Shown: one piece after another, positions 55,657 through 64,000 of the stretch
Layout: every line of letters starts with the position of its first letter
Position numbering within the stretch: the first letter of the stretch is position 1
Source: an uncultured Nitrososphaeraceae archaeon
Lineage (GTDB): Archaea > Thermoproteota > Nitrososphaeria > Nitrososphaerales > Nitrososphaeraceae
Assembly (NCBI GenBank): GCA_963837175.1
Contig: CAWIMJ010000050.1
Location: forward strand, 256,001 to 320,000
Direction: 5' to 3'
DNA: 64,000 nucleotides
Notes under the pieces: generated by a model
Told to the model about the DNA's origin: nothing
The model's input: only the letters and a program-made list of their open reading frames with translations
Databases searched by the model: none
Program-made: the position numbers and the translations under genes

Positions 55657-56289
55657 CTCTAATTTAATGCACAAATGTTATTAATACACATTAAGCTATT
55701 ACTCTAGTAGGATAGACGCAAACGTCACCATGAAGGGAACAACACCAAGCCAAGGAAAGAAAATTGTTGGTTTTAAAAGTAATACCAAATGAACAGAACA
55801 AGCCCTTAATCACTATGGCTCAGATTTAAAATAAGAAAAAGTGTATCCTATACAAATAATATAATAATTCACTGAATACCTTGAGTTTCCGTAGCTTATC
55901 GTCAAGCTCACAATACAAGATATAGAATTAGAGATAACAAGCTTTCTACAAACAACTAGAATATTTGCCATCGGTAATTTTGATGTCGAAGAAATAGATT
56001 ATAATATATATATACAAATAATACTTTTGTTAACGAAATTTACTACACACATATGAATAGAAAGGGAAACGAAGTGTATTAAAAAGTAAGCATATGATAA
56101 GAAAATAATGAAATTCTTGAAATTATAAATGATAAAAGAAGAATTTAAATTAAATTTCTTTTAAGAAGCTGCTTCTGTATATATTCTATTAAGAAATAGT
56201 AAGAAATTATATAGGTTAAATTATATTAAAAAGTGTTTCTTTGATTACTTGTGGGTAGAAATTTATAATTCACAAATGCACAAGGATGA

Positions 56290-56590
56290 TAACTTCAGTC
56301 CTCCATGATCTATTACTGAAATGGAGATTGCCAAGCAGTTAAAGCTGGATACTCGTCAACCATAGCGATAGATATAGATTAAAAGAATCCAAATAACCTT
56401 TTCTCCGATTTAATCAAGGATGATTTAGCGTTAATAGATAGCCAATGTATAGCCTCAGTGGAAGTAACTGCTAGAGGGCTATGCATTCTATTAAATAGAG
56501 AAAATATATCTCAATAAAGAACACATTCTTTCTTTGAAGATAATAAAAGAGTATAGTGAAACCGAGTTTTTGCTCTAAAATTACAACATA
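56290..56590 (+). pseudogene. Decayed HTH protein of the kind carried by thaumarchaeal integrated elements
   Basis: Fragments TEMEIAKQLKLD / SSTIAIDI / FSDLIKDDLALIDSQCI / LKIIKE across frames. Confidence 0.4.
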
Positions 56591-56818
56591 TTATATCCAT
56601 TGGTTGAATCCTTCGTCTATAATTACATAATGAAATGATTTTTTGGAGGATTTAAATGAAAATAGCCATCATTGTATCATATTGTTCTCCCTGATCTTTG
56701 CAGTTTAGCTGTTTTTATCACATCGATAGGTTTTCTATTACCTTAATTTAACAGATGAAAATTCTACATACACTAGGCTGCAATATCGTGCAATCTGAAT
56801 TGGATTTCAAAAAAGAAA

Positions 56819-56893
56819 TGCCGGAGGCGGGATTCGAGCCCGCGACCTTTCGATTATGAGTCGAACGCTCTAACCATGCTGAGCTACCCCGGC
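56819..56893 (-). tRNA. tRNA-Met (CAU), elongator type, intronless
   Basis: GCCGGGGTAGCTCAGCATGGTTAGAGCGTTCGACTCATAATCGAAAGGTCGCGGGCTCGAATCCCGCCTCCGGCA folds as a cloverleaf with anticodon CAT; the GCCGGG acceptor fits elongator Met rather than initiator or Ile2. Confidence 0.93.
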
Positions 56894-56943
56894 AAGCTCA
56901 GCAGCGTTTCGCATCGAGAATTCTCTTGATACAATAATATAAT

Positions 56944-57579
56944 CTATTCAAACATCCGGCGCATATCGCCTTCAAGTATTCCTGTTCCTGCATGAAGTCT
57001 ATCTATATGTTTTGACAAGGCCTCTTTTGTGTCAAATGGAGATTCACAGTATGGACAAGTCAGGTTAGCAGAGCTGGTATCTTTCATGTAGACAATAGCT
57101 TTTGGATTAATTATACAAACTGGTGTTCCTCGAAGTGCAGTATCTGCTGTAGATAACGTTGCCATTTGGATCTTTTCAAATATATCATCTCTAGAGACCA
57201 TGCCTAGAACAGCTGCATTTGAACTAACTATTATCTGTCTTACATCATTTTTGTCCATAATGGAGAGTGCTTCTTGAACTGAGGTTTTAGGATCGACAGC
57301 AAGTACAGGGCTTGTCATAATTTCGCGAAGTTTGATTTTCGATGGATTTTTACCTTGAGAGATGACTTTGAAAAGTATATCTGTCTTACTTAATATGCCA
57401 ATAACTTCTCCATTATGCGAGGCAAGGACGCTTCGAGTGTTTCTATCCTTCATAAGTTTAGTTGCTTCATCAACAAACTTATCGCTTTCAAGAATAATCA
57501 CGTTTGTATTCAATATGATCTCTATAGGCGAAGATAGAAGTGAAGTAATATTATCTGGAACATAAGACGAATCTTTCAC
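56944..57579 (-). CDS. CBS-pair protein with C-terminal C2H2 zinc finger
   Basis: Two CBS domains (GILSKTDI, GMVSRDDI) then CPYC...LSKHIDRLH. Confidence 0.88.
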   Translation of the reverse strand: MKDSSYVPDNITSLLSSPIEIILNTNVIILESDKFVDEATKLMKDRNTRSVLASHNGEVIGILSKTDILFKVISQGKNPSKIKLREIMTSPVLAVDPKTSVQEALSIMDKNDVRQIIVSSNAAVLGMVSRDDIFEKIQMATLSTADTALRGTPVCIINPKAIVYMKDTSSANLTCPYCESPFDTKEALSKHIDRLHAGTGILEGDMRRMFE

Positions 57580-57962
57580 ACTGGAGAAAGCTCAATTCAT
57601 TTATTTATAGTTGATCTTTGAAATATTAATTATGCTTTATTTTCAATTAACTGTTTCAGTTCTATAATTAGAACTAACCTCCTCCTCCTTGTACATTATT
57701 GAACTTTACAATGAAATTGTCTCCACTGGCTTGACTTTTTTATAATCTATTATACAGTAATCTTGTATCCCTTGATAAAACTATTAGGAAGGATCCTTAT
57801 AGTTAGAGGTACTAGGGATAGCAACTAGTTCATGAAATATCAAAATATTGATAAATTTACATCAAATTTCCCTATTTATATAAAAAAATGGCTAAAAAAC
57901 TTGAATAATTCCTGGTCCTACTTCCTTATCTATATTCGTTATTCCAAAATATTAGACATTTT

Positions 57963-59723
57963 CTAACTCTCGTCCTGCACTACCCTCATTTCTTGTAACG
58001 GCACTTCCTCTCTAACTGGATAAAATTCTTTTAGCTTGCTGTAGGAATAATCATCAACCCACTTGAATTTGCGTTGAAGAGTAGTAGTGTAAATTTTCTT
58101 CCAGTCTAGATCTACATAATTTAGCCAAGCCCTCATGACACGTGGATCAATATAATTTCTCAGCGAGGTTCCAAGGTTATAATCACGTGTTTCCTTGTGT
58201 AATTTGAGCTGCATTTTTAGCTTTTCCGATCTCTCTTCAAGTTTCTTCTTCTGAATCTCTGTCTTCCACTTCATTGCTGCAATATCAGATCCAATTTTTT
58301 TTAAAGAGTCTTCCTTTTTTCTTATTGACTCTTCAAATTTCTCCAATGCTCTTCTGCTTGCAGGATTCTTTGGATCTATCCCTTTTTTATGATTGCACGT
58401 AATTGCGGCTTTCAGGTTTGCCATTTTCGTAAGATAGATTTTCTCTATTTCTGATGAATTCTTGTCTACCTTTATCTTTGGATCTGAGAGTTCTTCCTTA
58501 ACCGTTTTTGTAGCAATATATGTTCTAAAGACTTTTGCTGTTAATCCCGGGACATTTTTGGGATCAACATTTCGCAGGAATATATTCACCTTGCTAGAAT
58601 TAATGCTATCAAAAATCTGTGAATTACTCTCCTTTTTATTCATAAATAATTTGAGATTCTTGTATAGTCCTTGGGTATCCTGAGAATTAACCTCAAGAGT
58701 TTTTTGCCAAGGCACACTATCTTTTCCCAAGAAATTAAATTCTATTAACTGTTTGCCATTCTTCTCTGGAAATTTAATATGTTCAACTCGCAGAGTAGAT
58801 GCCCCGACAGTGTCAGCTTCTTCAGGATCTTTTTCGTCACCAACTCGCATTGCGAGTTTGAAAATGAGATAACAAACTGTAGCGATCTTCTTCTGATTTA
58901 GGTCATTCGAGTTGAGCATTATCCTGATAATTTGCTTTTGCACTTTGCCGATGTATTTTTCAAGCTTCTTTGCTTTGTCGTATTTTTCTTTGTCATTATT
59001 CTGTCGAAGTATAGCTGAATCATGAAGCCATACATATTTTCTCTTGCCAGTTAGTTTTTCAATCCATGTAGCAAGCCATGTAGACGAGTGATCGTGGACG
59101 ATATTCTTCCACGTTCCCTCTGGAACAGGAGCGTCTTCCCCTAGATTAAGAATCACATCCTGAGCTCTTACTCGTGGCTTCCATTTGCCTCGTAATGGAT
59201 GCTGGCCTCTTCCCATAAATAATCCTGGAGGCTCTACCAACCAATTGGCGATTTCTACTTCTAATCCGTCCACAATCGCCTTACCATAGATTGACTTAAG
59301 TCTTTCTCTCTCTTGCTTTCTCTCCAAAGCTATTTTCCTTTTCTCTTCTCTAGGAAGGTTCTTTATTCTATGTATCTCTGCCTCTTTCAATACATTCTCA
59401 TGATCTACAAGTCTAAATGCTTCAGAAAAATCAATATCTTTTATAGTATCAATACTTTGGAACCTATCAGGAAATAGCATTCTTAAATCATTTAGAAAAT
59501 TTGTTTGAAAAGTAGGATCCTCGATGTAATGTGTATTCTTTTTCTTTGCCCATGCATATATTAGTTCCTCCTGGTCGAGGTTTAGAATGAATCGTTCACC
59601 TCGAATCGTGATACCTATACCTCGTCGTTGATATTCGGGTGGAAAAGCCACGCCTCTATGTTCAAGAGTATTCCATTTTACGTCAGCCATAGAATTAGTG
59701 GCTGTAGTAGCTAAAGATTCCAT
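57963..59723 (-). CDS. top1: DNA topoisomerase IB (eukaryote-like)
   Basis: EPPGLFMGRGQHP, MRVGDEKD, DTVG, FLGKDS, AKVFRT, CNH, LGTSLRNYIDPR (catalytic Tyr). Confidence 0.96.
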   Translation of the reverse strand: MESLATTATNSMADVKWNTLEHRGVAFPPEYQRRGIGITIRGERFILNLDQEELIYAWAKKKNTHYIEDPTFQTNFLNDLRMLFPDRFQSIDTIKDIDFSEAFRLVDHENVLKEAEIHRIKNLPREEKRKIALERKQERERLKSIYGKAIVDGLEVEIANWLVEPPGLFMGRGQHPLRGKWKPRVRAQDVILNLGEDAPVPEGTWKNIVHDHSSTWLATWIEKLTGKRKYVWLHDSAILRQNNDKEKYDKAKKLEKYIGKVQKQIIRIMLNSNDLNQKKIATVCYLIFKLAMRVGDEKDPEEADTVGASTLRVEHIKFPEKNGKQLIEFNFLGKDSVPWQKTLEVNSQDTQGLYKNLKLFMNKKESNSQIFDSINSSKVNIFLRNVDPKNVPGLTAKVFRTYIATKTVKEELSDPKIKVDKNSSEIEKIYLTKMANLKAAITCNHKKGIDPKNPASRRALEKFEESIRKKEDSLKKIGSDIAAMKWKTEIQKKKLEERSEKLKMQLKLHKETRDYNLGTSLRNYIDPRVMRAWLNYVDLDWKKIYTTTLQRKFKWVDDYSYSKLKEFYPVREEVPLQEMRVVQDES

Positions 59724-60793
59724 CTACATTATACAAGATAATAAGCATCTACTATCATTCTTAAACCTTACCTAGCGATTCTTAGTCTGTTGTCTGTTCA
59801 TATTCAACCTTGTCTTTGACATCCGAGCTAATATAATATCGGATGGTGGTTTGGGTAAATCTTATAAAATAGTTTTGATATAGTGGATAAGAAATACTAA
59901 AGGCTAAAGACCCAACATAACTGGACCGACCTGCTACGAAATAACGTCGGGTGTTATAGAATTGGACGATAGTCATTAGGCAAATCAAGGCAATATTTGA
60001 AACAAATTCTACCGTACAGTCAGAAGGCTAAAGTATACTATGAGCGATAGCTAATCACAGAGTGATATCGATATCAACGTTGGTTCCATGGCTGCATAAC
60101 TAGATTCAGTTTCCTTCTGATTGTTTATTAATTCTCAATTTACAATCGAAGGTCTGGAGAACAATAATGACAGAGCTTATACCATTTCTCATTAATGTTT
60201 GTTTAACGTACTTTTCTAAATTAGTAACCCTAATAATTTATATTTAAAAGAATCCAGAATTTCTAGTATTATTTTTCCTTTCATAAAGGATCTTAAATTC
60301 TCTGTAGTGGTTCGCTTTTTTTTCGAAGAGCCAAAAATCAAGGTATATTTCCATGAGTTTAATATCTAGTGGAAGTATACCTCACCTATTGCATCTGAGC
60401 AAATGAACAAAAATCTTCCATCAAATCTTTTGTCCATCAGGATAGATTACATCTGAACAATTCGCAAGTTTGAGAGCAAAACCAGACAGACTTTTTGATA
60501 TCATATAAGTAAATCATGTAAGAAATTGCTCAAATAATGCTTAGAATATACATTTTTATAATGGATATTTGCGAAGAATTTTCGCTAGCGTTAGAATAAC
60601 TAAGGAATGATTCCTCAATAGATATGCATCAATTCTCTCTGCTGTTGTTTGAGCATAATAATACTGTATAGTATTTCTTATATTTAATCTGGAACTCACT
60701 TTATACAGATAGAAAAGATACGGTTGCAATATTGTTGGATTGAATAATAGTTAACTTAAAGTATAATCCCTACTATTTGATCTTTAGAGTATT

Positions 60794-61027
60794 ATGCCGA
60801 GAGCATTCGTATTGTTGAACGCAGATCTTGGTTATGAGTCAACTTTAGCTGCAGATATGAAAAGCATTCCTGGGGTTAAGGAAGCATATGCCGTATATGG
60901 TGTTTATGATATTATGATTAAAGTTGAAGCCGATTCAATGGACAAGTTAAAAGAATTCATCGGCAGTAAAATAAGGAGAGTAAAGGGCGTTAAATCTACG
61001 TTAACGATGCTTATCATGGATAGTTAG
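60794..61027 (+). CDS. Stand-alone Lrp/AsnC ligand-binding (RAM) domain protein
   Basis: AFVLLN...GVKEAYAVYGVYDIMIKV...IRRVKGVKSTLT. Confidence 0.9.
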   Translation: MPRAFVLLNADLGYESTLAADMKSIPGVKEAYAVYGVYDIMIKVEADSMDKLKEFIGSKIRRVKGVKSTLTMLIMDS

Positions 61028-62304
61028 TTATTTATTGTATTTTTATTTTGGCCTCGATCTCGATATCTAAATATGTCCAGTTTGATCAATTCGTGGTAAG
61101 ATCCAAATTCCTGCGGATCTACTTTGTCTAATTCTATCTCAGAATTATTGTCATAATCTGCTTCTACAGGGTAGATTTTTAGCAATCGATATGTAGTCGA
61201 GCGCTGTGCTGGTATTCTTCCAGCTGATCTTATTATAGATCTAATTTGTTTTGGTTTCATTAATTGCCCAAATTGCGCTCCTGCCGCAGTTGAAATACTT
61301 TCATTCATCAACGTACCTCCAAAATCATTGGCACCTGCAGCAAGTAACAACTGCGACATTCTTGGACCCTCTTTAACCCAGGAAACCTGAATATTGTTGA
61401 TATGACCGTGTAGCATAATGCGTGAAATAGCATGCATTTTAATTACTTCATTGCCGTCTGCTCCAGGTCGAATATTTGGTATTGTATTATGGTTGTACAT
61501 AGGAGCCTCATCGTGAACAAAGCTCAATGGTACAAATTCAGTAAACCCGTGTGTCTCTTTTTGAATACTTCTTATCAAGGAAAGATGGTTGGCTTTATGC
61601 AATGATGACTCGATATGCCCATACATGATCGTCGAGGTAGTAGGAATTTGCATAGAATGCGCAAGCTTTATAATGTTTATCCAGTCTTTAGAAGATATTC
61701 TTCCAGGAGATATAATATCTCGAACTTCTTGATCTAGGATTTCGGCGGCTGTTCCTGGAAGACTGCCTATCCCTGCTTCCTTTAACATTTTCAGGTATTC
61801 TTCAACGGATACTTCAGACCTAATTGCTCCATAGAGTATCTCTTCGGGCGAAAATGCGTGAATATGAATATTAGGTAATTCTTTCTTCACAGCATTACAA
61901 ATGTCTATATATAAATGACCATCCATTTTTGGAGGCAAACCGGCTTGAATGCAGATTTCCGTAGCACCCAGATCTGAGGCTTCTTTAGCTCTTCTAACGA
62001 TCTCTTCTAATGGAAGGAAATAACCTTCTTCTTGACGAAAGTCTCTGCTGAATGCACAAAAACCACAGCGTTTGATACAGACATTTGTGAAATTGATATT
62101 TCTATTTATAACATAGGTTACATTGTTACCAACTGTCCGCTTGCGTAACTCATTGGCAACCAGTACCACAACGTTCATTTCGGTCCCTGTGGAATCAAAG
62201 AGTTGAACTGCTTGCTTCTCTGAAATGGCTTTATTGTTGAGTGCTCGATCTAGAGTGGAGGAAATTAAGGGGTCAATTTCCTTTAAAAGAGAATCAAGAG
62301 TCAA
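61024..62304 (-). CDS. cofH: FO synthase subunit 2, radical SAM
   Basis: NINFTNVCIKRCGFCAF, LPGTAAEIL, EFVPLSFVH, QVSWVK, NDFGGTLMNE. Confidence 0.95.
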   Translation of the reverse strand: MTLDSLLKEIDPLISSTLDRALNNKAISEKQAVQLFDSTGTEMNVVVLVANELRKRTVGNNVTYVINRNINFTNVCIKRCGFCAFSRDFRQEEGYFLPLEEIVRRAKEASDLGATEICIQAGLPPKMDGHLYIDICNAVKKELPNIHIHAFSPEEILYGAIRSEVSVEEYLKMLKEAGIGSLPGTAAEILDQEVRDIISPGRISSKDWINIIKLAHSMQIPTTSTIMYGHIESSLHKANHLSLIRSIQKETHGFTEFVPLSFVHDEAPMYNHNTIPNIRPGADGNEVIKMHAISRIMLHGHINNIQVSWVKEGPRMSQLLLAAGANDFGGTLMNESISTAAGAQFGQLMKPKQIRSIIRSAGRIPAQRSTTYRLLKIYPVEADYDNNSEIELDKVDPQEFGSYHELIKLDIFRYRDRGQNKNTINN

Positions 62305-63524
62305 TTTATATAATCCTCTCGTACGAGCCCTGATTCATCTGAAAAAACATTCACGTAACTCTTGAGACTGTCTTTTATAAAGCCATTATCTTTTACTATA
62401 AATTCTGGATAGACTGGCAGTCGTGCTCTAAATTTGCAGCCTCTATTTTCAGTAACTTCTTTTACCGATTCAATACTTGGCCAGGGAAATTCTGGATTTA
62501 CATAGTCAATGGTCACAGGAGAAATCCCACCCCAATCATTAATTCCAGCATCCAAGTATTTTCCAAAAACATTAGGATTAAGGTTGGGAGGAACTTGAAT
62601 ATTAACTTCTGGCATTACTAACCTAGCAACCGCTATACTCATTATAAAATAATTATATGTAGGAGGAGTAGAATTTGCCATCCAAGTTTCAGGCTTTGGT
62701 GCAAAGTTTTGCATTATTATCTCTTGTATGTGACCGTATTTTTGATTGATCTCTTCAATCGTAAATAAGGAATCGACAAGTTCTTCCGGGCTTTCACCTA
62801 TTCCAATAAGTAGTCCTGTGGTGAGGGGTATTCTCAATCGTCCTGCATTCTCCAATGCTTTCATTCTCACTTTGGGATTTTTACTTGGAGCATTCTCATG
62901 CGGCATACCCTTTTCGCTCAATCGGTAGCTAGAAGATTCAAGCATCATCCCTAGGCTAACATTGGTCTCTTTCAATAACGACATATCCTTTTTTGTCAGG
63001 CTACCCGCATTAGTATGTGGAAGTAAGCCTGTTTTCTTAAGTACCATTTCACTCAATTCGTTTATGTATTCAACAGTTGATGAACATCTCACTGATTTTA
63101 GCCATACTTTGGCCTCTAGGTATTTCTGCTCAGGCTTTTCGCCTGTTACAAATAATGCTTCAGTACATTGTAATCGTCTACCTGCTTCTGCAATTGCTAT
63201 AACCTGCTCTGGTTTCATCATGCTTATGGAAGTATCATGAGGTTCTTTTTTGTAAGTACAATATGAACATGTATCCCGGCATAGATTAACCAGATTTATG
63301 AAAACCTTACGCGAGTACGTAATTGGACCGATCTTAATTCTATCTCTCATCTTTCGTGCTGTATCTACAATCCCATCAATGCAATCTACAGAATTAATGA
63401 GATTATAAGCGTCTTCTTTCATGATCCGTCTTCCTTCTAAACATTTTTCCAAAATCTCATGGATACTTTGGTACCTGCTAGTAGCGAGCATATCTAAAAT
63501 ATTTTTTCCTAAAGTTAGATTCAT
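62301..63524 (-). CDS. cofG: FO synthase subunit 1, radical SAM
   Basis: TYSRKVF..CRDTCSYC, LPHTNAG, QVPPNL, NDWGGISP, NPEFPWP, RLPVYP. Confidence 0.95.
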   Translation of the reverse strand: MNLTLGKNILDMLATSRYQSIHEILEKCLEGRRIMKEDAYNLINSVDCIDGIVDTARKMRDRIKIGPITYSRKVFINLVNLCRDTCSYCTYKKEPHDTSISMMKPEQVIAIAEAGRRLQCTEALFVTGEKPEQKYLEAKVWLKSVRCSSTVEYINELSEMVLKKTGLLPHTNAGSLTKKDMSLLKETNVSLGMMLESSSYRLSEKGMPHENAPSKNPKVRMKALENAGRLRIPLTTGLLIGIGESPEELVDSLFTIEEINQKYGHIQEIIMQNFAPKPETWMANSTPPTYNYFIMSIAVARLVMPEVNIQVPPNLNPNVFGKYLDAGINDWGGISPVTIDYVNPEFPWPSIESVKEVTENRGCKFRARLPVYPEFIVKDNGFIKDSLKSYVNVFSDESGLVREDYIN

Positions 63525-63647
63525 GATATTCTTAATAAATAGTTAGGCATCCTGATTTGTTAAGTCTTTTTAATATAGATAAAATATAGTTCATTGAGAT
63601 TATTATATTTCTCTGTATTTATAAGCAATGGTTCTGTACTTCATTTT

Positions 63648-64000
63648 CTAACTGAGAGGATGTTGTTTTTCGCTTATAGTATATTTTCTTCCACGCCAAT
63701 TAACGGCGCCTTTTTTTCTGGCATCGATAATGGCTGTTATAAAAGAGAATGATATAATTGCTCCTCCTACAGGTGAAAATAACGCATATAGAGAATTTTG
63801 ATAAACACCAAGCCTTAATTGAATAACACTGCTCAAAATAATAATTGCAGATGCTACTGCATCGCTCACTATTAAAAGCAAACTTACAATATCCTCTCTA
63901 ACTAGATTTATAAATAATAATGAATACGGTAACAAAACGAATGGTTCAAAAAGGAGGAAAAATATAGCAATCGCCATTAAAGATGCTCCTTTTTTATTCT
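63648..64000 (-). CDS. C-terminal part of a membrane glycosyltransferase (GT2-like), truncated by the window edge
   Basis: TM helices followed by VNWRGRKY. Confidence 0.6.
   Translation of the reverse strand, partial: NKKGASLMAIAIFFLLFEPFVLLPYSLLFINLVREDIVSLLLIVSDAVASAIIILSSVIQLRLGVYQNSLYALFSPVGGAIISFSFITAIIDARKKGAVNWRGRKYTISEKQHPLS

Noticed and set aside
59782-60600. 68-aa ORF and the surrounding spacer
   Set aside because: Hydrophobic fragments with stops; probable pseudogene debris that cannot be assigned
317-63240. Numerous 60-120 aa ORFs antisense to or inside well-supported genes
   Set aside because: Shadow ORFs of real coding sequences

Overview
AT-rich archaeal chromosomal segment that reads as a soil ammonia-oxidising thaumarchaeon (Nitrososphaeraceae-like). 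The evidence is a eukaryote-type topoisomerase IB, fibrillarin/Nop5, Rpo12, Tsr3, Trm1, F420 genes cofC/cofD/cofG/cofH, a 3-hydroxyacyl-CoA dehydrogenase, cupredoxins and frequent TTG/GTG starts. Housekeeping genes are interleaved with long decayed spacers holding at least five IS6-family relics, one with intact IRs and an 8-bp target duplication. Features absent from the ORF track are the RNase P RNA, tRNA-Met(CAU), rpo12, a 55-aa Zn-ribbon protein and a 30-aa hyper-acidic ORF. No CRISPR array, rRNA or intact defence or prophage locus was seen. The best leads are: a UbiA prenyltransferase beside two paralogous winged-helix regulators with helically phased operator-like repeats; an NSYY-type EgtB with no egtD nearby; a PII protein lacking the canonical 2-oxoglutarate residues, followed by the acidic micropeptide; and a decayed integrative element with TTACACGA repeats next to tRNA-Met. 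Single-base indels in core genes such as nop5 suggest assembly errors, so frameshifts should be read cautiously. All calls are by eye; no searches were run.
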